Assembly (NCBI GenBank): GCA_015140255.1
Contig: CP043993.1
Span: 143,579-207,578 of the forward strand
Direction: 5' to 3'
Length of the DNA stretch: 64,000 nucleotides
Origin: Candidatus Stammera capleta
Lineage (GTDB): Bacteria > Pseudomonadota > Gammaproteobacteria > Enterobacterales > Enterobacteriaceae
Part shown: positions 1-13,663 of the stretch, piece by piece
Position numbering within the stretch: position 1 is the first letter of the stretch
How the letters are laid out: every line of letters starts with the position of its first letter
Made by a program: the position numbers and the translations under genes
Notes under the pieces: generated by a model
What the model saw: only the letters and a program-made list of their open reading frames with translations
What the model was told of the DNA's origin: nothing
Databases searched by the model: none

Positions 1-391
1 TTAGATATTTATTTTTTGAATATAAATTACTAATTTTTTTTATTAAACTTCCTATAACATCATCACCTTCTACATCAGGTAAACAAAAATAATTAATATT
101 TAATATTTTTAAAAAACTTTTAATACTTGAAATATATAAAACTAATTCTCTAGAAATTTTTTTACGATTAGATTTATATTCTTTATAAATTTTTTTTCTA
201 AAATTATTTCTATCATAATCAAAAATTAGTAATAGGTAATTTGGTTTACAAAATTTGTATTTACTAAAAATCATTTTTCAAAATACTAAAAAAGATTTTT
301 TAAAATTTATTTTTTTTTTTTTATAATTTATTATATAAAAAGATTTGTAGGCATATAATGTTGCATCTATTAAAAAAAATACATTACGCAT
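1..391 (-). CDS. polA: DNA polymerase I 5'-3' exonuclease domain, N-terminal part; the gene runs off the window start
   Basis: Minus-strand ORF from ATG at 389-391. Translation MRNVFFLIDATLYAYKSFY...LLLIFDYDRNNFRKKIYKEYKSNRKK...DVEGDDVIGSLIKK matches the FEN/5'-exo N-terminus of Pol I (E. coli LVDGSSYLYRAYHA...FD..FR...YK..R...EADDVIGTLA). One in-frame TGA is read as Trp. I cannot tell whether a polymerase domain follows. Confidence 0.75.
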
Positions 392-689
392 AATAACTAA
401 ATTTTATTTAATCACTAAAACAAATTTAAATTTTTATTGTTTGTACTAATTTTAAGTAATTACAACTATATAATATTATAGTTTTAATAATAATACCCCC
501 ATTATATTTTATATATAAATTATTTTTAAATATACTTTTGAAATATTTATTTATTGTAATTTAATTAACAAAAGTTATTATACTACTAACAATAATAAAT
601 TTCAAGTTTTTAAAAGTATAATTTGATTCATTTTAAATAACAATATATAATAAAAATATACTTCAAAGAATTATTTATAGATTATTGTT

Positions 690-2573
690 ATGAATTTAAT
701 TAACGAATTATTTGATGTTATTATAGTAGGAGGTGGACATGCCGGTATAGAAGCATCTTATATTTTATCTAAAATGAAAAAAAAAACTTTACTAATTACT
801 TATAATAAAAATAAGATAGGAGAAATGTCTTGTAATCCTGCAATAGGTGGAATAGGTAAAAGTAATTTAGTAAAAGAAATAGATGCTATTGGTGGATTAA
901 TGGGTCAAATTATAGATATTTCTGCTATACATTATAAAATTTTAAATTCTAGTAAAGGTGAGGCTGTAAGAGCTACAAGAGTACAAATAGATAAAGAAAT
1001 ATATAAAAAAAATATAAATAATAAACTAAAAAAATTAAAGTATTTAACTATATATCAGGATGAAGTTATTGATTTAATAATTGAAAAATACTGTATTAAA
1101 GGAGTTATTACTACTAAAAAAAAAATATTTTCTAATACCGTAATATTATCTACAGGAACATTTTTAAATGCTAAAATGTTTATAGGATTAAATTCTTATA
1201 TTGGTGGTAGAATGTTTGATCATTCATCTAGTGGAATTATTAATTCTTTAAGTAAATATTTTAAAGATATAAAATATTTTAAAACAGGTACCCCCCCTAG
1301 ATTAGAAAAAAAAACTATTAATTTTTCTTTTTTTAAAGAAGAATTAAGTGATACTATAAATAGTTTTTCTTTTTTTCATAATATAAGAGAAAAAAAAAAT
1401 AAATTAAAAAAAATTAAATGTTATTTAACATATACTAATAAATATACACATAAGATTGTAAAAAAAAATTTAAATAAAAGTCCTTTATATAAAGGTTATA
1501 TAATAGGTAAAGGACCTAGATATTGTCCTTCAATAGAAGATAAAGTAATAAATTTTCCTAATAAAAAAAATCATCGTATATTTTTAGAATTAGAAAGTTT
1601 AAATAGTAATATAATTTATCCTAATGGTATTTCTACTAGTTTACCTTTAGATATTCAAAAAAAAATTATTCATTCTATAAAAGGTATGGAAAATACAAAA
1701 ATTATTATTCCAGGTTATGCAGTTCAATATGCTTTTTTAAATCCTAAAAAATTAAAAAAAACTTTGGAAAGTAAGATAATAAATAATTTATTTTTTGCTG
1801 GTCAAATAAATGGTACTACTGGTTATGAAGAAGCAGCTGCTCAAGGATTAGTAGCAGGTATTAATGTTGGTCTTAAACTTACTAATAAAAATCAAAATTA
1901 TATATTTGATAGATCTAATTCTTATATAGGTGTATTAATAGATGATTTATGTAGTAAAGGTGTAAACGAACCATATAGAATATTTACATCTCGATCTGAA
2001 TATAGATTATTTCTTAGAGAAGATAATGCAGATTATAGATTAACTCCTATAGGATATAAATTAGGATTAATAAATAAAAAAAAATGATCTTTTTTTAAAA
2101 AAAAAATGAATTATATTAAAAACAATTATTATTTTATTAAAAATAAAAAAATTTACATTAAATATTTGCCTAAAAAAATAAAAAATAAATTTATTAAAAA
2201 AAAAATTAATAAGGTTAATTTAAAAAATTTAGTTTTAAATTATGATATTTTATCCAAAAATTTTACAAAAATATTTAAAAAATATAGTAATAAAATTAAT
2301 ATTAATTATATTAAAGAATCAGAAATTATTTTAAAGTATAAAGGATATATTAAAAAACAAAAAATAGATTTATTTAAGTTTAATAAATATAAAAATATTT
2401 CTTTATCTAAAAATATTAATTGAAATAAAGTTTCTGGTTTATCTAAAGAAGTAATAGAAAAATTAAATAAATATAAACCAAAATATTTAAATCAAGCTTA
2501 TAAAATATCTGGTATTAATCCGTCTTCTATATTAAGTATAATTATTTATTTAAAAAAAAATATAAAAAATTAA
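690..2573 (+). CDS. mnmG: tRNA uridine 5-carboxymethylaminomethyl modification enzyme MnmG (GidA)
   Basis: Same-frame pieces 690-2087, 2106-2423 and a tail to TAA 2571-2573 are joined by in-frame TGA at 2085 and 2421. FAD motif [30 protein letters not shown], and C-terminal [12 protein letters not shown]...ISGINPSSI. About 627 aa, as for MnmG. Confidence 0.95.
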
Positions 2574-2684
2574 ATTAAATTTAAAATTGTTTTTTTTATT
2601 AAAAAAATATAAAATAATAATGTTTAGTAATAAAAATTAATTTTAAATTTTAAAAATTAAAGTATTTATTTAAAAAATTTTACT

Positions 2685-3497
2685 ATGATAAAAAATATTA
2701 TTTGAAAGTTTAAACTACCTTCTAACTATATTAAACATCATTTAGCTCACTTACAATTTAATTTAATAAAATTAAAATTTTTAAATAATTTAAATTATAA
2801 ATACTCTTTTTGAAATTTAAATATAGATTCGTTAATTATATCACTTTTTATAGGTACAATATTTTTATTTTTTATAAAATATTCAGTAAATTCGTTAAGG
2901 TATAATCATATACCAAATAAATTACAAACTTTAATAGATATATTAATTTTATTTATTTATAAAAATGTAATTAATATATATGGTAAAAAAAATAAATTCG
3001 TTTTTTCTTTATCTTTTACAGTATTTACATGAATTTTACTTATGAATTTTATGGGTTTACTACCTGTAGATTTAATAAACAATATCTTTTATTTTATATT
3101 TAAATCCAATATATTTTCATATGTACCTTCTTCAGATTTAAATATAACTTTATCTATGTCATTGAGTGTTTTTTTATTTATTATTTTTTATAAATTATAT
3201 AAATATAATTATAAAAAAATATTTAAGGAATTTTTATTTCATCCATTTAATTGTAAAATTTTTATACCAATAAATATTTTATTAGAAATAATAAATTTTT
3301 TTTCTAAAATTTTATCTTTATCTTTAAGATTATTTGGAAATATATATTCTGGTGAAATAATATTTTTATTAATTTATTATATAGTTCCTTGGTGATTACA
3401 ATTTTTTTTTATATTTCCTTTAACTTTATTACATATATTAATTTCTTTTTTACAATCTTTTATATTTATGATACTTACATTAATTTATATATCATAA
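2685..3497 (+). CDS. atpB: F0F1 ATP synthase subunit a
   Basis: ATG 2685 to TAA 3495-3497 with several in-frame TGA. LSLRLFGNIYSGEIIF...VPWW(TGG then TGA 3393-3395)LQ...LQSFIFMILTLIY matches the AtpB C-terminus. Sits upstream of atpE. Confidence 0.92.
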
Positions 3498-3507
3498 ATT
3501 TTATTTT

Positions 3508-3752
<245 letters not shown>

Positions 3753-3786
3753 AATTATAAAATTTAATTAAATAATAAATTTAAAT

Positions 3787-4272
3787 ATGGAAATAAATGT
3801 TACTGTATTAATACAAATGATAATATTTTTATTTTATATAATTTTTTGTGTCAAATATATTTGACCTTATATTAATAAGGTAATTGAAAAAAGACAAAAA
3901 AAAATATATTTAGAAAATAAAAAAATTAAAAAAATAAAAAAAAAATTTTTGTTTTTTAAAAACGAAATTAAAAAAAAAATTTTAAATAGTAAAAAATTAT
4001 CTTCTAAAATTATTTTAGAAGCTAAAAATAATAGTATTTTATTAATTGAAAAATATAAAATTAAAGCTAAAAAAGAATATAAAAAAATATTATATGAAGC
4101 TAGTAAGGAAAATATTATACAAAAAAAAATTATGTATGAAAAATTTTTTAAAAATATTTCTGATATTATAAATTTAATATTAATTAATATTACCTCAAAT
4201 ACATTTGATAAAAAAATTGATAATAAGTATATTAGTAAAGTTTTAAACAAATTCAAAATTAAAAAAAATTAA
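3787..4272 (+). CDS. atpF: F0F1 ATP synthase subunit b
   Basis: ATG 3787. MEINVTVLIQMIIFLFYIIFCVKYIW(TGA)PYINKVIEKRQKKI parallels the E. coli AtpF N-terminus (..[21 protein letters not shown]). Runs in frame into track ORF 3949-4272. Confidence 0.88.
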
Positions 4273-4285
4273 TAAATTAAATATT

Positions 4286-4843
4286 ATGTTAAATATATAT
4301 AATATATCTTATTTTTATTCATTAGCTATATTAAATAATATAAATAAAAATAATATTAAATTTTATAAATGAAATAATTTTATTAAATTATTAATTTTAA
4401 TATTTAAAGAAAATTTTTTTTATTTTTATTATAAAGTAAATAAAAAAAAATGTTTAAAAGAAATTTATTTTATTATCAGTAAGAAAATTTATTTATATAA
4501 AAATATGAAACTATTTATTAAAGTTATTTTTGAAGATGATATGTATTTTAATTTAAATTATATACATATATATTTAAAAAAAATATATGAGGAAAATAAA
4601 AAAATATTAAATGTTGTTATTTTTACTAAAAATAATAATTTAAATACTTTAAATATTAAAAAAATTAAAAAAATTATTAAAAATTATTTTGTAAATAAAA
4701 GAATATTTTTTTGGTTTAAAAAAAATAAAAAAATTATTGCAGGTTTTAAAATTTATATAAATGATTTAATTTTTGATGCAAGTATATTAAATATAATTAG
4801 AAAAAATATTTTTTTTTGTAAATTTAATAATTTTAAAGAGTAA
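4286..4843 (+). CDS. atpH: F0F1 ATP synthase subunit delta
   Basis: 185-aa ORF with one in-frame TGA at 4370, located between atpF and atpA. Sequence is very divergent, so the call rests mainly on synteny and size. Confidence 0.75.
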
Positions 4844-4847
4844 AAAA

Positions 4848-6419
4848 ATGTTACAAAAAATTTCTGGGATTAGTAAATTAATTAAGGAAAGAATAAATAA
4901 ATTAAATAGTTCTGTAGATAGATATTATGAAGGAGTAATAATTTCTATAATAGATGGAATAATTAAAATAATTGGTTTATCTAAAGTATTAATAAATGAA
5001 TTAATAGAGTTTCCTAATAATATCGGTTATGCATTAATATTTGATTTAGATAAATATATTGTTAATGCTATATCATTAACTTCATGTTTAAATTTAAATG
5101 TAGGTATGAAAGTAAGAAGTACAGGTAAAAAATTAAGTGTTCCGGTAGGAAAAAAATTATTAGGCCGAATTATAAATTCTTTAGGTAAACCTATAGATGG
5201 AAAAGGAAATATAGAATTTAAAGAATTTTATCCTATTGAATATAAATCACCTTCAATAATTTATAGAAGATCAATAAATAGACCTTTATGTACTGGTTAT
5301 AAAGCTATAGATAGTATGATACCTATTGGTTTAGGTCAAAGAGAATTAATAATAGGTGATAGAAAAACAGGTAAAACTAGTTTAGTGATAGATATAATAA
5401 TTAATCAACGTAATTTAAATGTAAAATGTATATATGTTTCTATAGGACAAAAATTATCTTCTGTATTTAATATAGTAAAAAAATTAGAATATTATGATGC
5501 CATGAAATATACCACTATAGTGGTAGCTTCATCTTCTGATGAAGCTATTATGCAATATATTTCTCCTTATTCAGGTTGTTCTATAGCAGAATTTTTTAGA
5601 AATTATGGTGAAGATGTATTAATTATATATGATGATTTAACTAAACATGCTGTATCATATAGACAAATATCTTTATTATTACATCGTTCACCGGGAAGAG
5701 AAGCTTATCCTGGTGATGTATTTTATTTACATTCCAGATTATTAGAAAGATCCGCTTATGTAAATTATAAATTTATTAAAAAGTATAATGATAATTATCA
5801 TCCTAAAAATATTTCTGGATCATTGACAGCTTTACCTATAGTTGAAACTTATGAAGGAGATATATCTTCTTTTATACCTACTAATATTATTTCTATAACT
5901 GATGGACAAATATTTCTTGAAACTAATTTATTTAATTCAGGTATAAAACCTGCTATAAATCCTGGAATTTCTGTATCTAGAGTAGGTTCTGCAGCACAAA
6001 CTGGTATAATGAAATATTTATGTAGTTCTTTAAGAACTTCTTTATCTCAATATTATGAATTACTTAGTTTTTCACAATTTTCATTTGATATTGATGATTT
6101 TACTAATAAACAATTAATAAAAGGTAAAAAAATTGTAGAAATACTTAAACAAAAACAATATAAACCTTTGTCTTTATTTAGACAAGTTTTAATATTTTTC
6201 TCTTTAAAATTTGATTATTTAGAAGATATTAGTATTAATAAAATAATAACATTTGAACATGAATTATATTTATATGTTAAAAAATATCATATTAATTTTA
6301 AAAAAAAAGTTAATTTATATAAACCTTTAAATAAAAAATTAATATATAAATTTAAAAAAATTATTTCTTCATTTAAAAAAAAAAATAATCTAAATATAGA
6401 GGATAATTTTGATAAATAA
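4848..6419 (+). CDS. atpA: F0F1 ATP synthase subunit alpha
   Basis: 523 aa. Walker A GDRKTGKTS, plus REAYPGDVFYLHSRLLERSA and ITDGQIFLE blocks. Confidence 0.97.
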   Translation: MLQKISGISKLIKERINKLNSSVDRYYEGVIISIIDGIIKIIGLSKVLINELIEFPNNIGYALIFDLDKYIVNAISLTSCLNLNVGMKVRSTGKKLSVPVGKKLLGRIINSLGKPIDGKGNIEFKEFYPIEYKSPSIIYRRSINRPLCTGYKAIDSMIPIGLGQRELIIGDRKTGKTSLVIDIIINQRNLNVKCIYVSIGQKLSSVFNIVKKLEYYDAMKYTTIVVASSSDEAIMQYISPYSGCSIAEFFRNYGEDVLIIYDDLTKHAVSYRQISLLLHRSPGREAYPGDVFYLHSRLLERSAYVNYKFIKKYNDNYHPKNISGSLTALPIVETYEGDISSFIPTNIISITDGQIFLETNLFNSGIKPAINPGISVSRVGSAAQTGIMKYLCSSLRTSLSQYYELLSFSQFSFDIDDFTNKQLIKGKKIVEILKQKQYKPLSLFRQVLIFFSLKFDYLEDISINKIITFEHELYLYVKKYHINFKKKVNLYKPLNKKLIYKFKKIISSFKKKNNLNIEDNFDK

Positions 6420-7260
6420 AAAAGATTTAAAAAATAAAAAAAATAGTATTAAATATATTTATAAAATAACTAAATCAATGGAAATGATATCTATATTTAA
6501 ATATAGATTTTTTAGTGAAAAAATTATACATAGTAATATATATATTAATAATATTTTAAAACTGATTCAAAATATTAATTTTGATTATCATATTTTTTTT
6601 AATAAATATGAAAATATTAAAAATATTTTATATATTGTTATATCTACTAATCAAGGTTTATGTAGTAATATAAATATAAATTTATATAAAAAAATAATTT
6701 TAGATATAAAGAAGAAAAGAAATGGAAAAAAAATATATTTTCTTTTGTTAGGTAATAAAAGTTTATTATTATTAAATATTTTAAAAAAGAATAATATTAA
6801 TTATTATTTATTTGAAAATAATATTTTTTTTTATGATATTAAAAATTATTGAAAAAGTAATATTACTAATAAAATTATTAATTTTTATAAAAAAAATATT
6901 GATACGATAGTTTTTATAGCAAATAATATATTTGCGGAAAACAAATATTTTGTTAATATTGACTATTTATTACCTATAAAATCGTATAAAAAAAGTATAA
7001 ATAAAGTAAATTATTTATACGAAGATGATAAAAATATTATATATAAAAATTTATTATTTACATATATTAATAATAGAATTAATAATAGTATATTAAATAA
7101 TATAATATCTGAATATTTTACTAGAATATTAGTTATGAAAAATGCTTCTTTAAATTCAGATAATTTGTTTAAAAAATTAGATTTAGTTTATAATAAAATA
7201 CGTCAATTTAATATTACAAAAGAAATTACTGAATTAGTTTCTAATTTTAATATTGTTTAA
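6409..7260 (+). CDS. atpG: F0F1 ATP synthase subunit gamma
   Basis: TTG 6409 overlaps the atpA end by 11 nt. N-terminus IYKITKSMEMIS, GLCSNININLYKK, C-terminus LVYNKIRQFNITKEITELVS. One in-frame TGA at 6850-6852; TAA at 7258-7260. The exact start is uncertain. Confidence 0.88.
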
Positions 7261-7285
7261 ATAAAATTTTATAATTTAAATATAA

Positions 7286-8677
<1,392 letters not shown>

Positions 8678-8688
8678 TTTTTTGAAAT

Positions 8689-9111
8689 ATGAATTTTAAT
8701 TTTTTAATGATGTCTCCAAAAAAAATATATTTTAATGATTTTATAAATTATATAAAATTATTTAGTTATTCTAATAAATTAGAAATTTATCCCAATCATA
8801 CTCCTATATTATTGTATTTAAATAATACAATTATTAAAGTATATAAAAATAAGTATATTTATTTCTATATTAGTAAGGGTTTTTTAGAGTTTAAATTTAA
8901 TAAACTAATTTTATTAATAAATAAATTAGTAGAATTTGATATTTTAAATAAAAAAAAATATTTATCTAAAAAAAATAAAATTTTGTCTTTATTAAAAAAT
9001 AAAGTTATTTATAAAAATAATTTAAATAAATTTTTAAATTTAAATTTAAAATTAATTAATTATAATAATTTTTTATATTTTTATAAAAAAAATAAAAAGT
9101 TAGTTAAATAA
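8689..9111 (+). CDS. atpC: F0F1 ATP synthase subunit epsilon
   Basis: 140-aa ORF directly after atpD. ..LEIYPNHTPIL.. resembles LGIYPGHAPLL of AtpC. Confidence 0.85.
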   Translation: MNFNFLMMSPKKIYFNDFINYIKLFSYSNKLEIYPNHTPILLYLNNTIIKVYKNKYIYFYISKGFLEFKFNKLILLINKLVEFDILNKKKYLSKKNKILSLLKNKVIYKNNLNKFLNLNLKLINYNNFLYFYKKNKKLVK

Positions 9112-9173
9112 TTAATACTTTTATATTTGTATATATTATTATATAATTATAATGATTAAAATTTTTAATATAC

Positions 9174-9246
9174 GGGGTTATAGCTCAATTGGCAGAGCAT
9201 CTGTTTTGCAAGCAGAAGGTAAGCGGTTCGAATCCGCTTAACTCCA
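9174..9246 (+). tRNA. tRNA-Ala (anticodon UGC)
   Basis: GGGGTTATAGCTCAATTGGCAGAGCATCTGTTTTGCAAGCAGAAGGTAAGCGGTTCGAATCCGCTTAACTCCA. G3:U70 identity pair, anticodon loop TTTGCAA, homologous to E. coli alaT. No encoded CCA. Confidence 0.93.
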
Positions 9247-9251
9247 TATAA

Positions 9252-9324
<73 letters not shown>

Positions 9325-9337
9325 TATATTTAAAAAA

Positions 9338-9419
9338 GGTGGGATTCCTGAGTGGTTAAAAGGGACAGACTGTAAATTTGTTGTCATTGACTTCGAAGGT
9401 TCGAATCCTTCTCCCACCA
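9338..9419 (+). tRNA. tRNA-Tyr (anticodon GUA), long variable arm
   Basis: GGTGGGATTCCTGAGTGGTTAAAAGGGACAGACTGTAAATTTGTTGTCATTGACTTCGAAGGTTCGAATCCTTCTCCCACCA. Anticodon loop CTGTAAA. Resembles E. coli tyrU. Confidence 0.92.
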
Positions 9420-9427
9420 TTTATTAA

Positions 9428-9499
9428 GCGAGTATTTTATAATGGTTATTATTTTAGCCTTCCAAGCTAAAGATACGGGTTCGAATCCCGTTACTCGCT
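9428..9499 (+). tRNA. tRNA-Gly (anticodon UCC)
   Basis: GCGAGTATTTTATAATGGTTATTATTTTAGCCTTCCAAGCTAAAGATACGGGTTCGAATCCCGTTACTCGCT. Anticodon loop CTTCCAA. Resembles E. coli glyT. Confidence 0.9.
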
Positions 9500-9510
9500 A
9501 AGTATAATTT

Positions 9511-12102
9511 TTAGTAATATATTAAATTAACATTGTTTATTTTTATTTTAGTAAATTTTATTTCTTTTTTCTTTAAATTTGATTGATTAAAAATATTTTT
9601 CTTTGAAAAAATAATTTTATTTATTTTAATAAGTTTAAATAAATATATGTTTTCTATAAAAATTTTTTTTTTATTTAAATTTATATCTAAAATTATTAAA
9701 ATATTTATTTCTTTTTTATTTTTTTTATTTATTTTTCTTATATAAGTTATAATTTTTTGTATTGTTATAAAAATTTTTATTATATTGTGATTATTGAAAT
9801 TATTTTTATATTTAGGTAATTTAGTTTTTAATATAGAATTATTTTTATTTATTTTTTTTCATATATATTCTGTAATAAATGGAGTGATAGGGTGAGATAA
9901 TTTTAATATTTTAATAAAAATATGTGTTAGTATTAATTTATTATTTGTATTTAAACAATTATTTTTGATTTTTATTTTAGTTATTTCTATATATCAGTCA
10001 GAAAAAATATTTTTAATAAAGAAAAACATTACTTGATTAATTATATCGAATCTAAATTCTTTAATATTTTTTTTAAAATTTTTAATTAATATATTTATAT
10101 TATAATAAACTCAATATTCAGTTAAATTTAATTTATTTATATTAATTTTTTTTTTATTTATTTTAATTTTTAAATATTTAAATATAAATATATATATATT
10201 TCATATTTTATTACAATAATTAAAACTATGATTTAATTTTTTTATATCAAAATTTATTTTAATTTTTGTATTAGACATAGAACATAAAGTATGTCTTAAA
10301 ACATCTACTCCATAAGATTTAATTCCATTTGGAAAATTTTTTTTAGTATCTTTAATAATTTTACAAATTGATTTTTCTTTTATTATATTTTTAGTTCTTT
10401 TTTTAATTAATTTACTTAATTTAATACCTTTAATAATATCTATAGGATCTATTACATTACCTATGGACTTAGACATTTTTTTGCCATTTTCATCTCTTAT
10501 TAAACCTGTAAGAAGTACTTTTTTAAAAGGAATTTTTAGATAAGAATATTTTTTAGAAATATATGAACTTATCATAATCATTCTAGATATTCAAAAGAAA
10601 ATTATATCAAAACCACTTACAATTAAATTTATGGGATAAAATTTTTTTAATAAAATATGATTTTTTGGTCAACCTAATGATGTAAAAGCTCATATTGATG
10701 AAGAAAATCATGTATCTAAAACATTTGTATCTTGTTTAAGTTTATTTTTAATATTATATTTTGATAGAATTTTTTTTTTATTTTTTCCTACATATACATT
10801 ATTATTTTTATCATACCATATAGGTATTTTATGTCCTCAATATATTTGTCGTGAAATACATCAGTCTTGTATATTTTCCATTCATTTAAAAAATATTTTT
10901 TTATATTTTGTTGGAATAAAAATTATTTTTTTTTTTTTTACTAAACTAATAGCTTTTTTAGCTAAAGGATTAGTTTTTAAATATCATTGATTAGTAATTA
11001 TAATAATTAATCTAGAGTTAGTTTTATTACTTAAATATATATTAGATATTTTTTTCTTAATTTTTAGTATATATTTTTTTTTTTTTAAAAAATTAATTAT
11101 TTTTTTTTTTACATATTTAGAATTAAATTTTTTAATTTTTAATATTTTACTTATATTAATTTTTTTTTTTTTTTTTCATTTATAATTTAATATTTTAATT
11201 TTTTTTTTAAATGATCCATCTAAATTATAAATATTAATAATATCTAAATTAAATTTTTTACAATAAATTAAATGATTTATTTTATGTCCAGGTATAATTT
11301 TAGTATATTTTTTTTTTTTTGAATATTTAATTTTTTTATTATATATTATTTTAATGATATTTTTTGTTAAAGGATTAATTAATTTTTTACCTATTAATTT
11401 TTTATTTTTATTTTTTATTCCTAATGCTATTGTTCCTAACAATAATTCTGGTTGAGTAGTTTCTATTATTATAAAATCATTATTTTTTAAAAAATTTAAT
11501 TTTATAAAATAATTTTTTAATATTTTTTTTTCTTTATTAATTTCTAAATCTGATAAAACACATTTAATTTTTTTATCTCAATACATAGCTTTTTTAGTTT
11601 TATATATTAATTTTTTTTTATATAAATATATAAAAATTTTTTGTACAGATTTAGTAAAATTTTTATCTAATGAAAAACATGTATTAGATCAGTCTACAGA
11701 ACTACCTAAAATTTTAGTTTGTTGATAGATTTTTTTTTCGTGTTTTTTTTTTCATTTTCATATTTCATTAATAATTTTTTTTTTAGATATTTTTTTTAAT
11801 GTTTTATGTTTTTTTTTTATATAATTTTCTACAATTATTTGTGTAGATATACCAGCATGATCTGTACCCATTATTCATAATGTATTGTATCCAGACATTT
11901 TTTTATACCTTATTATTAGGTCCATAATAATTTGCTGAAATGCATGACCTATATGTAAATATCCAGTTATATTAGGTGGTGGCATAATTATAGAAAAATT
12001 TTTTTTATTATTTTTATTTATATTTGGTTTAAATAAATTATTTTTTTTTCAGTATGAATAAATTAATTTACATTTTTTTATATTTAAATTATTTTTTTTC
12101 AT
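9511..12102 (-). CDS. valS: valyl-tRNA synthetase
   Basis: ATG at 12100-12102 down to TAA (tta on the plus strand) at 9511-9513. I checked the frame triplet by triplet over most of the gene: many in-frame TGA, no TAA or [21 protein letters not shown] (HIGH region with the PPP triplet), [35 protein letters not shown] (KMSKS). 863 aa. Confidence 0.93.
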
Positions 12103-13565
12103 TTTTTTTTAATATAATTAATTAAGAATTGCACAATTATGTTTATTGGTTGACCTGTAGACCCATTATTATTATATGCTGTTCCAGCAATATCAATATG
12201 TGCTCATTTATATTTTTTAGTAAAATAAGATAAAAAACATGCAGCTATAATTGTTCCTCCATATATTGTATTTGAACAATTTTTAATATCTGCTATATTT
12301 GATTTTAAATATTTTTTATATTGACTAAATAAAGGTAGTTCATGTATATTTTCTTCTATTTCTAAACTAGATTTTATTAAACAGGAAGATAATTTTTTAT
12401 TATTTGATAATAAACCATTTATTTTGTTACCTAATGCTATAGCACATGATCCAGTAAGAGTTGCTATATCTATAACAAATTTAGGATCATATTTTTCAAC
12501 ATAAGTTAATACATCACATAATATTAATCTTCCTTCTGCATCAGTATTAATAATTTCAATATTTTTTTTAGATAAAGTTTTTATAATATCTCCAGGTTTA
12601 TTAGAATTACCATTTATCATATTTTCTGCACATGCTAATATACCTATTAAATTAATTTTTATATTTAATTTGGATATTATGTATATAATTCCGTATATAG
12701 ATGCTGCTCCTGACATATCATATTTCATTTTGTACATATTTTGTGATGTTTTTAATGATATTCCTCCTGTATCAAATGTAACACCTTTACCTATTATTAC
12801 TATAGGTTTCATATTTTTATTATTATTGTATTTAATTTGGATCATTAATGGTTTATTATAAGAGCCTTTATTAACTGATAAATATGCATTCATACCTAGA
12901 GATGACATTTTTTTTTTATCTAAGCAAGAAATTTTTATTTTTGGATGTCTAATTTTATTATTTATTTTTTTATATATATATGTAGAATTACATATATTTG
13001 GTGGTGTATTACATAAGTTTTTAGAAATTTTAATTCCTTTAAATATTATTAATGATTTTTTAATAGCTTTTTTAGTTAATATATATTCTCTTTTGTTTTT
13101 TACTAAAAAATTTATTTTTATATCTTTATATTTATTATTTTTTTTATTTTTAAATTTATCAAATAAATAGGTTTTTTTTTTAAATATTTTAATAATATTA
13201 AATATTTTTCAATATATTTTTTTTTTAATTTTTATTTTATTTAAAAAATAAATTATATTTTTATAATTATATTTTTTAATGATTTTAAAAGAATTTTTAA
13301 TGATTTTTAAAAATATATTTTTATTTATTTTTTTTTTTTTTCCACATCCTATTAAAATACAATCTTCTTTTTTAACTGAATTTATATCTTTTATAATTAA
13401 ATGTGTATTTATTTTACCTTTAAAATTATATTTTTTAATTTCTTTTAAAATTAAATTATATTTTAGAATATTTTTTTTTATTTTATCATTTTCATATATA
13501 TTTATTATTGCGCATTCATTTTTTTTATAATAATTTTTTTTTTTTTTAAATATTTTGTATTTCAT
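12084..13565 (-). CDS. pepA: leucyl aminopeptidase (M17, PepA)
   Basis: Pieces 13209-13565, the middle segment and 12204-12908 share one frame. VTFDTGGISLK, NTDAEGRLILCD, and after TGA 12204: W-AHIDIAGTAYNNNGSTGQPINIIVQFLINYI. Under code 4 the frame reads through TGA 12099-12101 to TAA at 12084-12086, overlapping the valS start by 19 nt. Confidence 0.9.
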
Positions 13566-13663
13566 ATTTTTATAATTTTATTGTTTAATTTTTATGTTTA
13601 AAAGTGATAATTTATTAATTATAATATAATTTAGAAGTTTTTATTAATTTATTTATTAAATAT

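Noticed and set aside
392-689. This is the longest non-coding stretch (about 300 nt), directly upstream of mnmG (gidA), where oriC lies in E. coli. I looked for DnaA boxes (TTATCCACA / TGTGGATAA), GATC clusters and AT-rich 13-mer repeats.
   Set aside because: I found no recognisable DnaA box or GATC cluster by eye, only generic A/T-rich sequence with one C5 run. I cannot support an origin call. It may simply hold the divergent promoters of polA and mnmG. GC-skew analysis of the whole genome and a dnaA search would be needed.
2574-2684. Several intergenic A/T palindromes (for example ttttttttattaaaaaaa near 2594-2611) and apparent short periodic repeats such as aaaaattaaaaaaat inside genes. 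I considered terminators, CRISPR-like repeats or repeat elements.
   Set aside because: They are pure A/T, very short, and expected by chance at this composition. The in-gene patterns are just Lys/Asn/Ile-rich coding sequence (AAA, AAT, ATT). There are no spacer-repeat architecture, no direct repeats flanking any gene, and no transposase or integrase.
3867-4256. Track ORFs on the opposite strand or in an alternative frame of confidently assigned genes: 3867-4256(-), 12670-12861(+), 13279-13530(+), 14740-14973(-), 18060-18374(+), 20779-21036(+), 23643-23945(-), 30686-30922(-), 42018-42392(+), 53080-53265(+).
   Set aside because: Each lies entirely inside a well-supported gene (atpF, pepA, ompR, tilS, acpS, rho, rpoD, ahpC, rpoB). 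They translate to low-complexity Phe/Leu/Ile/Lys strings with no recognisable motif. In A/T-rich DNA, antisense frames are often open by chance.
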